Positions 7,156 through 16,223 of a stretch of 64,000 nt of DNA are shown in pieces. The stretch spans positions 1 through 64,000 of IMG/VR virus record IMGVR_UViG_3300002063_000001; one strand, 5' to 3'. Numbering within the stretch: position 1 is the first letter of the stretch; every line of letters starts with the position of its first letter. The notes under the pieces were generated by a model. The model had not been told where the DNA came from, did not search any database, and was given only the letters and a program-made list of their open reading frames with translations. Source of the DNA: a virus. Both the position numbers and the translations under genes were made by a program.

Positions 7156-9404
7156 CCCACAGAAGACTCCTCAACCCTAGCATCAGCCATCTGGTCTATC
7201 ATCTTCTTACGTCTGTACTCTCTTACCTCTATATCAGAGAGTGCAGTTTGTTTCTTAATCTCCAAATCTACCTCTTGCTGCTTCATCTCTAGTAGCCTTT
7301 GATCTCGCTGCTGCTCTTTCACAGATTTCATCTCTTCTAGCTCCTTATTCTCTTTACCTTGTATCGCTATCATTCGCTCCTTCTGCTCATTCTCCATACG
7401 TAGCTTCTCAGCTTTTCTATGGTCCATCATCACTAGAGCTTCCTCTATACGGCCATCTTGAGCCAGTTCAGAGAGTAAATGATACTCTACCATATCTATA
7501 GCACCCGTTTCTACGGCTCTACCAGCACGTTCTTCAAACTTAGCTATCATTTCCTCAGTAGGCATCACTTTCACCGTCACACCTAGCTGCTTCAAGGTCA
7601 TATCCTTAGTAAGTTCCAGATACTCCATACCACTACCGTCTGCTATTGGATAATAAGCATCGTAGCTTTGCTGGCTACTAGTCACCGCAAGCTGCACTCG
7701 TAGAGCACAGTTCTCAGCAGTTTCCTTCTTCACCCACTTATAGGCATCATATATCTCATTCAGAGCATTGTTGCTACTTTGAGCAGCAAGACCAGCTTGA
7801 CGTGCAGTTACCTCTGGATTAGGACTACTACCATCTACTATCTCATTTAGTCCGGTAAGGTTTCTAATCGTATCTAACTCGCTAGATATTAGAGAAAGTA
7901 ATTCTTGCCCAAAAGAGCCGATACCACCTTGAAGTTCTTTTATAGGGATACCACTACCCCCGTATCGGTTATCCGAAAAGGCCCCAGAGTTATTATGAGT
8001 AGTAAATACTAAGTCCCCTGTAGATCGTTTAAGACGGAGCACTTCCAAAGGCTTAGCTTTACTTCCTGCAAGCTTCATTCCTTGCAGAGAGTTGTATTCT
8101 ATCGCTAGTCCAGGATCATCCGCATTTGCTACGAGGTTTTGCAACCTTAGCTGGTATAATCTTATGGAATCTATACTGCCCTTACACATCTCCACTAGAC
8201 TAGGCTTGTAGGATCTGTATACGTGAAAACTTGGTTTTATCTCACTTGCAGAAGGTCTAGGTATGTCGTACTGTTGTCCTGTGTCAAATATAGCATCCGA
8301 CCCGATCAACCATTTACCTCTGTATACATTTTTAAAAGTCTCTACCTCAGTCTTCCTCAGAGGGGTCTTACGCACTTTGCCGTAATCTTTACCCTTCTCA
8401 TTATATACTTTTTTCTTCCCCTCCTTAGACTTTATGGTGATGTAGTTCTTATCTACAGTCACTTGCTCAAAGTCCATTACATCTATAGTTACAGAGCCAT
8501 AATCATCCATCCAGTTCTGATCAAAACGATAATTATTATTAGACCCATCAAAAGTGCTGCCGTTGCTTTTTAATATCTTATCCCAATCCTCTCGCTTATA
8601 GTTCTTAAACTCATCCTCTTGCATAAGATCCGTTATACTATAAGGGACTATCTCAAAGAAATACTCACTACTATTTGAGCCTTTAGCTCTGTTATGACTA
8701 GAACAAAATTTAGCTATATTCACATAACGTATTTTTACTTTACCAGTAGACTTACAAGTGTAGTCCTTAGAGCACATTATGGCGTTCTCTACAAAATCTT
8801 GAATAAGCTTTCTCTTTGTTTCGTACCAATTGCTTTGATCAAATATGGCTTTATTCAGCTTCTTATGAACTATTTCCCCCTCTATCTTGAATCCCCCTAG
8901 TTTGTGAGCTATGCTTCGCTCTTGACTAGCAGAAGGTCTCAGTACAGGGATTTCTCCTTCTGGGTTTAGACTGAGACCTTCTCTTAGCCTCATCTCTACC
9001 TCCTTCTTTAGTCGGTAGTGAGCAGCATCTTTGTCTATCGCAGTTATATCTACCTTATGATTTATCTGAAGATATTTATTCACAGCGATAGCTACGAACT
9101 TAGGAAGAAATGACATTCTACCCCAATCCAAGTTCTCAAACATTTTAGCTTGAAGCTTTCTGTTTTCGACACCTTTATTATCCCCTTTTAAGAGAGGCTT
9201 AAATTTACTAGAGTCCTCCTTACCAGCCGCATACCTTCGGTTTTCATTAATCCTAGCCACGTCAGACAATCCATATAACGACTTGCCATCTTTATATTCT
9301 GAATACATCCACTTAGCCGAAGTAAGAAGCCAAGGTTTTTGTCTCTTTTTCTCTGGAGACACATTATGATCAGGCTCTTTAAGGCGAACTTTCGGTGTGT
9401 TCAT
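7152..9404 (-). CDS. Putative portal protein (P22-like size with a long C-terminal coiled coil)
   Basis: 750 aa. The last roughly 100 residues are a K/E/Q-rich helix (KAEKLRMENEQKERMIAIQGKENKELEEMKSVKEQQRDQRLLEMKQQEVDLEIKKQ). The call rests on size, architecture and being the only portal-sized candidate; no diagnostic motif was seen. Confidence 0.4.
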   Translation of the reverse strand: MNTPKVRLKEPDHNVSPEKKRQKPWLLTSAKWMYSEYKDGKSLYGLSDVARINENRRYAAGKEDSSKFKPLLKGDNKGVENRKLQAKMFENLDWGRMSFLPKFVAIAVNKYLQINHKVDITAIDKDAAHYRLKKEVEMRLREGLSLNPEGEIPVLRPSASQERSIAHKLGGFKIEGEIVHKKLNKAIFDQSNWYETKRKLIQDFVENAIMCSKDYTCKSTGKVKIRYVNIAKFCSSHNRAKGSNSSEYFFEIVPYSITDLMQEDEFKNYKREDWDKILKSNGSTFDGSNNNYRFDQNWMDDYGSVTIDVMDFEQVTVDKNYITIKSKEGKKKVYNEKGKDYGKVRKTPLRKTEVETFKNVYRGKWLIGSDAIFDTGQQYDIPRPSASEIKPSFHVYRSYKPSLVEMCKGSIDSIRLYQLRLQNLVANADDPGLAIEYNSLQGMKLAGSKAKPLEVLRLKRSTGDLVFTTHNNSGAFSDNRYGGSGIPIKELQGGIGSFGQELLSLISSELDTIRNLTGLNEIVDGSSPNPEVTARQAGLAAQSSNNALNEIYDAYKWVKKETAENCALRVQLAVTSSQQSYDAYYPIADGSGMEYLELTKDMTLKQLGVTVKVMPTEEMIAKFEERAGRAVETGAIDMVEYHLLSELAQDGRIEEALVMMDHRKAEKLRMENEQKERMIAIQGKENKELEEMKSVKEQQRDQRLLEMKQQEVDLEIKKQTALSDIEVREYRRKKMIDQMADARVEESSVG

Positions 9405-9425
9405 ATTTTTACAAAAATAGCACAG

Positions 9426-9448
9426 AATAACAACATATATTTGTTATT
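9426..9448. promoter_or_regulatory. Perfect 23-bp palindrome AATAACAA-CATATAT-TTGTTATT, containing TATATTTG (TAnnTTTG -7 box) on the + strand
   Basis: It lies between the divergent starts at 9404 (-) and 9464 (+). The same element recurs at 40597..40619 (perfect) and 24864..24886 (right arm and core). Confidence 0.6.
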
Positions 9449-9463
9449 TACAACATTGTTACA

Positions 9464-9766
9464 ATGGACGCTGACGTAATAATCAAAGAAGTTTACACTA
9501 AACCCGAATTTATTCAGAAAATAGCCCAATCTTTCTCCAATATGGATGAAAGAAAAGTCTCTGACATAATGAGATACAATGTGCTAACTGTCAGGCAAGT
9601 AACCTCTGTTACAGGGCTTTCTGTAAACGACATTTGGTGTTTAATCAGAAAAAAGAAACTAGTAAGGTGTGCCCCCTTCAGGAGTCATGACAGTAAGCCA
9701 GAGTCGGTATTTGTACTTAGAGACAAGACCCTAGAAGAATTTATTGAAGAAGAGCTGGACGCTTAA
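9464..9766 (+). CDS. HTH DNA-binding protein (excisionase/MerR-like HTH_17 type); candidate regulator
   Basis: LTVRQVTSVTGLSVNDIWCLIRKKKL fits the excisionase-family HTH pattern. It is the only + strand gene inside the 37-kb minus-strand late block. Confidence 0.55.
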   Translation: MDADVIIKEVYTKPEFIQKIAQSFSNMDERKVSDIMRYNVLTVRQVTSVTGLSVNDIWCLIRKKKLVRCAPFRSHDSKPESVFVLRDKTLEEFIEEELDA

Positions 9767-9785
9767 ATGTCACTAAAGGATTCTT

Positions 9786-10349
9786 TTATCTTTGACTATA
9801 CTTTTTGTATGCCTTACGCATTTTAATATCGTAATTGTTTTTACGATACTCTGGACCATTGTACATGTAAGCAAACCTAGACCAATCTAACTCCTGCAAC
9901 TCGTCTTGCAGTCCTGCACTTATTATAAATCGAACAAACGCTTGCAACTGCCTCCCCTCGCTTATTGCCATATCATTCGCCATTTCTACAGCCGAGGCAT
10001 ATCCACACTTAGCGTGATTAAAGCCCATTATCTGGAACATACCCCAACTTGCAGACTTAGCAGCCGCCTCTTGGTCTAAGAAACTAGCCTCTACAAGTCT
10101 TTCGTATTGGTTCATACCATAATATTTACGAGTCCATCTATAATGGCTCAGGTGCGGGTATTTTTTAGCATACTTCCCTTTAGTGAGCTTATGGAACCAA
10201 TGCCCCTCAAACAATATTTTCGGGCGACCTAATTTATCAAAACCTCCTCCACGACTTTCTACCTCAGCAACAGCTCTTATTACCGCCACATCAACTTGCA
10301 GTAGATTAGCGGCCAGTGTAAAGTCTCTCGAGGTTAGCCCCTTACTCAT
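9786..10349 (-). CDS. Endolysin, N-acetylmuramidase family (PF11860/DUF3380-like)
   Basis: Family hallmarks: AVIRAVAEVESRGGGFDKLGRPKILFEGHWFHKLT and WGMFQIMGFNH. Its start overlaps the holin gene end. Confidence 0.85.
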   Translation of the reverse strand: MSKGLTSRDFTLAANLLQVDVAVIRAVAEVESRGGGFDKLGRPKILFEGHWFHKLTKGKYAKKYPHLSHYRWTRKYYGMNQYERLVEASFLDQEAAAKSASWGMFQIMGFNHAKCGYASAVEMANDMAISEGRQLQAFVRFIISAGLQDELQELDWSRFAYMYNGPEYRKNNYDIKMRKAYKKYSQR

Positions 10350-10833
10350 CTTCTTTGCTATCTATAGATTCTAACTTAAACTTACCTATTTGGATAGTCA
10401 GGATCTTATGCAGTGGTTTAAATACCATTTTACTCAATGTTGAAGTGCTGTCAATTTCGTTCAAGTTCTCCAAAACACTAACCACTTCAACATATATCAA
10501 AAGTATAATTATAGCCGAGCTTAGGAAATCCACAATAGGGACCAGATTAGAATAAGGTGACTTACCAACCACATTCATCATTATAAAAACAATAATTATA
10601 GCTCCGAAATATTGAATAAACTTCAACACAGTCTTACGCAAAGCACCGCTAGTTCTAGCTTTCCTCAAGACTACAGCCTTGGTAAATCCAAAGATGAAAT
10701 CCAAAAGCATAGATAACCCAAGCCATATTAATAAGTGAAGGTCAGGCACAGAGTCCGGGCTTATCAGGTTTCCAAGAGACAGTCCTACTGTCCCTGTTAT
10801 CGACATAAATATTGCCGTAGAGGTTATTTTCAT
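10342..10833 (-). CDS. Holin (phage_holin_4_1-like, four TM segments)
   Basis: Four hydrophobic helices are visible. The family-like blocks are LLDFIFGFTKAVVLRKARTSGALRKT and YVEVVSVLENLNEI. It sits directly upstream of the muramidase. Confidence 0.8.
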   Translation of the reverse strand: MKITSTAIFMSITGTVGLSLGNLISPDSVPDLHLLIWLGLSMLLDFIFGFTKAVVLRKARTSGALRKTVLKFIQYFGAIIIVFIMMNVVGKSPYSNLVPIVDFLSSAIIILLIYVEVVSVLENLNEIDSTSTLSKMVFKPLHKILTIQIGKFKLESIDSKEDE

Positions 10834-11276
10834 TTTAAGTTAAATTTATAATTACAGTGTATTAGATCCCAAGGGACATAGCTGTCCTCTGGCATTATGC
10901 ATTCTTTTTTCATCTGGTAAAGTGTAGTGGTATCACTACTAAGTAAGACCACCTGTAAGTGTTTTACACTATCCACATACCACTCCTTTACATCTTGTAT
11001 AAAATATTCAGCTCGGTGATCAGTGTTGTCTACCACCCAGATAGGGTAGCTAAAAAACTTGTTCTCATCATTATGGAACTTAGTCGTCTCTTTGTGTTTC
11101 ATAAAACTACTCAAAGGGTAATAGTGGTCATTTATATCCTCTACTGATTCTACAGGTGATTCCGAAGCGTACTGAGGCTTCTGAACACAACTTACTGCTA
11201 AAATACCTATGGAAGTCAAAACTAAAAGCAATACTATTAGCGTATTGATGGGATTTTTATTGATTGATATATTCAT
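10830..11276 (-). CDS. Putative lipoprotein in the lysis cassette
   Basis: The N-terminus NTLIVLLLVLTSIGILAVSC is a hydrophobic helix plus a lipobox-like AVSC. The gene overlaps the holin start. There is no C-terminal TM, so it is not a unimolecular spanin. Confidence 0.5.
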   Translation of the reverse strand: MNISINKNPINTLIVLLLVLTSIGILAVSCVQKPQYASESPVESVEDINDHYYPLSSFMKHKETTKFHNDENKFFSYPIWVVDNTDHRAEYFIQDVKEWYVDSVKHLQVVLLSSDTTTLYQMKKECIMPEDSYVPWDLIHCNYKFNLK

Positions 11277-11277
11277 A

Positions 11278-12252
11278 TTATGATATTAATTCTTGGTTAA
11301 TTTCTTTGCCTCGCTCTACTCCTAGGTAAAACATCTTACTCATCGCTTCTTTGCTGAAATCTAGTAGACTACCAGTGATATTAGGTGGTAGGTAAAAAAT
11401 GTCTGAGGATAATGGCAACTTATCCAAATCGCCTTTCTTAGCCTGTGTGCTGATAGTGAAAAATTGATTTAAAAGTCGCTTTATGTCCTGGTCTTCTCGG
11501 ATATACTCTACCCTCTTATCTTTATGCTCGTGCAAGTACACATCTATAGGGTATGCACTCATTTCGGCTATTTTTCCTGTGGGGGTACTCTCACCTGCTC
11601 CACCGTCTGAGTGACGTATTATACCGTAGTCTATCTTATCGTTAGTATACTGAGGTATGTGTACAGGTTTAGCAAACTGTGGTATCGCACAACTGCCTAC
11701 TACGGCTAGTGTGAAATTCTCATAATCATAATCATCGCTACAGTGGTACACTATACCTATGTTGGTATGACTATCTATACTAGTAGTGACGTAGCACCTA
11801 CGGCCACTTGCTTGCAGTGCTAGGTGATCTGCTTTTGTATAGTATTTTCTAAGTGTTTTTAGTAGCGGTTTGCTTATATCTGTCAAGTAAGATTTGCCCG
11901 TTATCTTATTGTATATAGACGCTACCTTAAAACGAAAGTTAAGCTCACCTTTTCTGTTGAATGGATTATAACCATACATCAGTGAGTTAGACATGTTTAA
12001 AATGGCATCGTCCATCACATCCCATAACTGAGCTGCACATAGTACCGCTTCTATGCTCCCAGTACTCGTACCTGCGGTTATTATATAGTTTGGCCTAGTC
12101 ACATATAGTTGACCTCCGTAGTATCCTATTCTGTTTGCTCCGCCACCAAAAAATCCGCTTCTGTATGGTTTGTCAGAATTGTCTATAGGCGTAAAACTTA
12201 GATCGGGATGATTGCCCGGTACGCTTTTATGTATGGAGTAGGTGGTTTTCAT
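11278..12252 (-). CDS. Patatin-like phospholipase (PNPLA family)
   Basis: All four patatin blocks are present in order: FFGGGANRIG (oxyanion Gly-rich), AGTSTGS (GxSxG nucleophile), GSCAIPQFAKPV (ASxxxP block) and HSDGGAGE (catalytic Asp-Gly-Gly). Confidence 0.75.
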   Translation of the reverse strand: MKTTYSIHKSVPGNHPDLSFTPIDNSDKPYRSGFFGGGANRIGYYGGQLYVTRPNYIITAGTSTGSIEAVLCAAQLWDVMDDAILNMSNSLMYGYNPFNRKGELNFRFKVASIYNKITGKSYLTDISKPLLKTLRKYYTKADHLALQASGRRCYVTTSIDSHTNIGIVYHCSDDYDYENFTLAVVGSCAIPQFAKPVHIPQYTNDKIDYGIIRHSDGGAGESTPTGKIAEMSAYPIDVYLHEHKDKRVEYIREDQDIKRLLNQFFTISTQAKKGDLDKLPLSSDIFYLPPNITGSLLDFSKEAMSKMFYLGVERGKEINQELIS

Positions 12253-12256
12253 ATTA

Positions 12257-13873
12257 CTATTCTTGTATCACATTTCCGCTAAAGTCTTTTATCTCTCCTA
12301 TAGTAGAGCCATTCACTTGGCCGAGCCAATTTTTTATGTATAAGCTCCCTCCTGTAGTATTGCTAAATATGAGCGTAGTAGGGTCGCCATCATCATAAGC
12401 GGAGCACCCCCATAGCCACATACCGTCATTAGCTCCTGTGGCTAAAGCACCATCATTCCAAAAGCAAGCTCTTGGGCTTGCTGTGCCTGTAGGATTACCT
12501 GCGGTCACATTCAGATTAACAGATACACTACCTAGTACATCTGCTACTACCGCCCCATTGCAGTCACTCATTATAGAATTAGTACGTAGTATGTGAATAT
12601 TATCGTGGCAGCTGCTCGCATTTTCTGATGTGCCTAGTGCGGGCTGATTGTCAAAAGGAACTACACCGAAGAAGTGACCAGTACAGTCATTTTCATATAC
12701 AGTCATATACTCGCCCTTAGTTCCTGTGGTTATGAAGCTATGATAATTGAACCCATCACTCGCACAGTACTTGCTATGACAGTTATCAAATACGCTAATC
12801 TCCGCATCATAGATTTGAAAACCATTTGAATTGCCACCAAAGGCGGTGCAATTTCTTAATCCCAATCGTACATTATTTACTGCTATAGTCTGAGGTCTAT
12901 ATCTGAATACGGCTTTTTTAGCAGTTCCAAGATTAGAAGTGAATCCAATATTTTCTAGCAGTATAGTAGCATCCGACACGCTACTCTGTATCTCAAAGTC
13001 GTACGGACTTCTATTGCTTATCCATCCATCGTAAGGGTCTGGAATACGTCCATCTATCATGTGTACGGTAAGCGTGTTACCTGTGGCCCAATGAAAAGTA
13101 CCTGGAGTGCTTATGCATTCCGCCTGAGTAGCCACATACTTGATAGGCATAGGTATACCTTTATCGTCTACATAGTTGCCATCAAACTGTGATCTGAGCT
13201 GTATAGCGTTTCCATTGGTAGATACATAAGCCCCACCGTTTGCGGTCCAAGCAAAATTGGCTGCACTTAGGTTTTCATTCATCCCAGAGAATAATGTTCT
13301 ACCAGTGTTAGCATAAGCACCTTCACCTATTAGCTTTACAGAACCATCAAATATTTTGTCTATAAAGTTGCTCCCATTTATTCCGTAAAAATCATCCTCT
13401 AAATGAACCACCGCTGGGTAGGTAATATTGGCCACCATAAAATCAAATGTCTTATAAGCTGCTGCACTGGATAGACCAGTATTGGCGTTGTTTCCTGTGG
13501 TAAAATTTACATAGTAATGGGTAGCATCTTGCCAAGCAGTATCTAACCTGTCATAAGGATTAGTCTTAAACTGTATTTTGCTACCATCTGAAAATGGCTC
13601 TACATTGGCAAGGTTATTAAACTCTGTAGGTAGCTCTACGTTGCCTACTGGCAGTCTATTTACACTTACTCGATTGAGTGGTGTAGTGTCCGCTAGTGCT
13701 ACATCTATGATACCTGTCTCAGCATCATAGAAGAATAACGTATCATTTCTTACGAAGTGGTAATCACGCTCTACATTGGCTGCACCATTGCGAGCAGTTT
13801 TACTTTCTATGCTTGGAGTTTGGCTGCAAGCAAATAGGCTTGCAAATAGTATAAGTATGGTAAATTTTCTCAT
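12257..13873 (-). CDS. Right-handed beta-helix (pectate-lyase-fold) protein with a lipoprotein signal; candidate polysaccharide depolymerase/tailspike
   Basis: The N-terminus is MRKFTILILFASLFAC|SQ (lipobox LFAC). PbH1-like repeats are visible: NCTAFGGNSNGFQIYDAEISVFDNCHSKYCASDGFNYHS, NDCTGHFFG and SSCHDNIHILRTNS. Confidence 0.5.
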   Translation of the reverse strand: MRKFTILILFASLFACSQTPSIESKTARNGAANVERDYHFVRNDTLFFYDAETGIIDVALADTTPLNRVSVNRLPVGNVELPTEFNNLANVEPFSDGSKIQFKTNPYDRLDTAWQDATHYYVNFTTGNNANTGLSSAAAYKTFDFMVANITYPAVVHLEDDFYGINGSNFIDKIFDGSVKLIGEGAYANTGRTLFSGMNENLSAANFAWTANGGAYVSTNGNAIQLRSQFDGNYVDDKGIPMPIKYVATQAECISTPGTFHWATGNTLTVHMIDGRIPDPYDGWISNRSPYDFEIQSSVSDATILLENIGFTSNLGTAKKAVFRYRPQTIAVNNVRLGLRNCTAFGGNSNGFQIYDAEISVFDNCHSKYCASDGFNYHSFITTGTKGEYMTVYENDCTGHFFGVVPFDNQPALGTSENASSCHDNIHILRTNSIMSDCNGAVVADVLGSVSVNLNVTAGNPTGTASPRACFWNDGALATGANDGMWLWGCSAYDDGDPTTLIFSNTTGGSLYIKNWLGQVNGSTIGEIKDFSGNVIQE

Positions 13874-15864
13874 TATCTTCTGATGTATAAAGTCGGGTCT
13901 CCTATGATGTAATACTTCACTCTACTAAAAAGTGCGTGTGCAGCATTAGCGGCTGCGTGTGTGGCATACTCTGGTATGGCTCTAGTCTCTTGCTCGTATA
14001 TTTCAGAAACAGTTTTGCCGTGGTTTGTCAATATAGTCTGTAGGTCTATTCCCTCACAGTACTGCTCATACATCTCATATCCTTTTTGGTGTATAACATC
14101 CACTATCTCTAGGCTTAGTACAAACTGTAGTGCATTGTTAGATGTTTCTAATACCTCCACATCAAAATAGTATCTACCGCTATCTGCATCATAAGATATA
14201 GGAGTAACATTAAGATAACCTTGTCTAAAATCGTCTGACTCATCAACACTTGTGCCTATGTCAGAGTATACTTTGTAATATTCTCTATCGGCAGATGCGT
14301 AGGTTGTATTATTAAGACTCCTGCCTTCATTGGTTCCAAGTTTCACAACTATCTCAGCATCTTTGTCGAATATGCCAGACCTGTTATAGACATTGAATGT
14401 AGCTTTTACATGAAAATCGGATATAATACCCAAATAAGACTCCGAGCCCAAGTATATGCGTATTGCATCAAAATCGGGGTCTGTAGAAAGCCTAGCATTA
14501 TTATACCACAAATTCGTAGTTACAGTGCTACCTTGTAGTATAGGAGTAGACTTGGCTACCTTCCCTTCAAAATCTGTGTCTCTCCATATCCCTGCACCAT
14601 TCACATAATTGAACGGTAATGTAAGTCCACCATCGTCAAACTGGTACAATCTCAAAAATCCGTCACTTGTTAGGTCCATCAAATCGTACCTTCCGTGGTC
14701 AGTTGTGAGACTATCAATATGTTCGTTATCTACATCTATAGCCTTAGTGTCGCTGCTATCTCCTTCTGCTAGTATGTATAAGCCTCCATTGTCTGACGGC
14801 ATATTTGCCCAGTCGTAATCACCAGCCAGTATACTTACATTTTGTCCTGTAGCTATACCTTCAGGGAGTGTCACTTCATTGGTTTTTAGCAAGTACTCCT
14901 GAGTTCTCCACGGACTCCACTCGCTTATACTGTAGCTGTCTAGCTGACAGTTGGCATCTATAAATCTTATCTTGTAGCCGACAGTGTCACTAGCTGCCTG
15001 ACTCGTATTAGCAAATCTGAAAGTAATAGGAGTAACATCTTGTATTCCCTGGAATGGGCAAGTACTAGCATCACCGCTTTTGAAAGGGATTCTATCTACT
15101 CCTCCTGCTCCATTGGTATAGATTAGTGTATCGCCATTAGCTGAGGTATCTAAGCTGCCCAGTTCATTAGTAACGTCTGTATCAAGGTCATTGATGATAT
15201 GATTGGTAATAAAATCTCTCAATACACTCGCAGAGTCTGATATGGTCTGTGTGTTTAAATTTATACGATTACTAAGGCTCGTAGTATCTACTTGACTTGT
15301 GATATAACTAGCCAACATAGCTGCCGTATCACTTATACTTAGCTTGCTGTTTATACGATTACTTAGACTCGCGGTATCTATGGTACTGGTATCGTACGCT
15401 ACCGCATATCTGCTACCTGCATCTGTTATCACTAGGCTATCACCTGTGGCATTTAGCACAAATCCCATGTTGTATTCATTAGTAGGGTCTGTATCTAAAT
15501 CTGAGTCTATATGCGACTTAGTATATGCTCTTAGTGTGGCTGCTGTATCTATAATGGACTGCAGATTACGATTGATACGATTACTCAGACTAGTGGTATC
15601 TATGGCAGTGCCGCATGCATTATCTATGTACTCGGTATGTATGAGCATATTTGTGGCTACGTCAAAGTACTCCAACACCACGCTATCATTCTCACATCTA
15701 TTTTCTAGTCGTGTGTAGTGCTGCCTGCCATTAGGTCCTGTGACTACATAAGCTCCTTGCACTCTAGCTCCTGTAGCATCTCTAGCAGGAAATATCTGTT
15801 TTATTTTCTGGGCAAAACCCTGATAAGCTAGTAGTACTAATAGTATGGATAATATTCTTTTCAT
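13873..15864 (-). CDS. Fiber-like protein with an N-terminal signal peptide and three internal DT(T/A)SLSNRIN repeats
   Basis: The N-terminus is MKRILSILLVLLAYQGFAQ|K. Repeats lie at about aa 88-128, 162-190 and 192-235 (DNA about 15160-15603). The composition is Thr/Ser/Asp-rich. Confidence 0.5.
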   Translation of the reverse strand: MKRILSILLVLLAYQGFAQKIKQIFPARDATGARVQGAYVVTGPNGRQHYTRLENRCENDSVVLEYFDVATNMLIHTEYIDNACGTAIDTTSLSNRINRNLQSIIDTAATLRAYTKSHIDSDLDTDPTNEYNMGFVLNATGDSLVITDAGSRYAVAYDTSTIDTASLSNRINSKLSISDTAAMLASYITSQVDTTSLSNRINLNTQTISDSASVLRDFITNHIINDLDTDVTNELGSLDTSANGDTLIYTNGAGGVDRIPFKSGDASTCPFQGIQDVTPITFRFANTSQAASDTVGYKIRFIDANCQLDSYSISEWSPWRTQEYLLKTNEVTLPEGIATGQNVSILAGDYDWANMPSDNGGLYILAEGDSSDTKAIDVDNEHIDSLTTDHGRYDLMDLTSDGFLRLYQFDDGGLTLPFNYVNGAGIWRDTDFEGKVAKSTPILQGSTVTTNLWYNNARLSTDPDFDAIRIYLGSESYLGIISDFHVKATFNVYNRSGIFDKDAEIVVKLGTNEGRSLNNTTYASADREYYKVYSDIGTSVDESDDFRQGYLNVTPISYDADSGRYYFDVEVLETSNNALQFVLSLEIVDVIHQKGYEMYEQYCEGIDLQTILTNHGKTVSEIYEQETRAIPEYATHAAANAAHALFSRVKYYIIGDPTLYIRR

Positions 15865-16223
15865 TATATGGTAAATGGTACTGATTGTGTAACTGTCTGC
15901 GTAAATTCTATGGTAAAGTCGCTAGGGTCTGCAGCTGTACCTTGGGCATTTGTAAATGTGATCGTGATGTCGTTCACATTATACGCTATGCTATACGGCT
16001 GATCAGTGAGTACATTATTCTCATAAACGCTTTTTACATTACTAGCAACTCCATTAGCTGCTAGTATAGGGAATACAAGTACGGTCTGTCCTGCCACTCC
16101 ATTTAACTCACTTGTGAAATCTTCTTTCACGGGAATCTGAGCCGTACCGGTAAGTCCGCTACCCGCTACGGTCATTTTCTTTTTGCAGCATTTTTTGCCT
16201 ACTCCTGTATTTTTAAATCCCAT
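15864..16223 (-). CDS. Hypothetical late-module protein
   Basis: 119-aa ORF abutting its neighbours (shared stop/start nucleotides). The true start could be the internal Met (MTVAGSG). Confidence 0.5.
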   Translation of the reverse strand: MGFKNTGVGKKCCKKKMTVAGSGLTGTAQIPVKEDFTSELNGVAGQTVLVFPILAANGVASNVKSVYENNVLTDQPYSIAYNVNDITITFTNAQGTAADPSDFTIEFTQTVTQSVPFTI

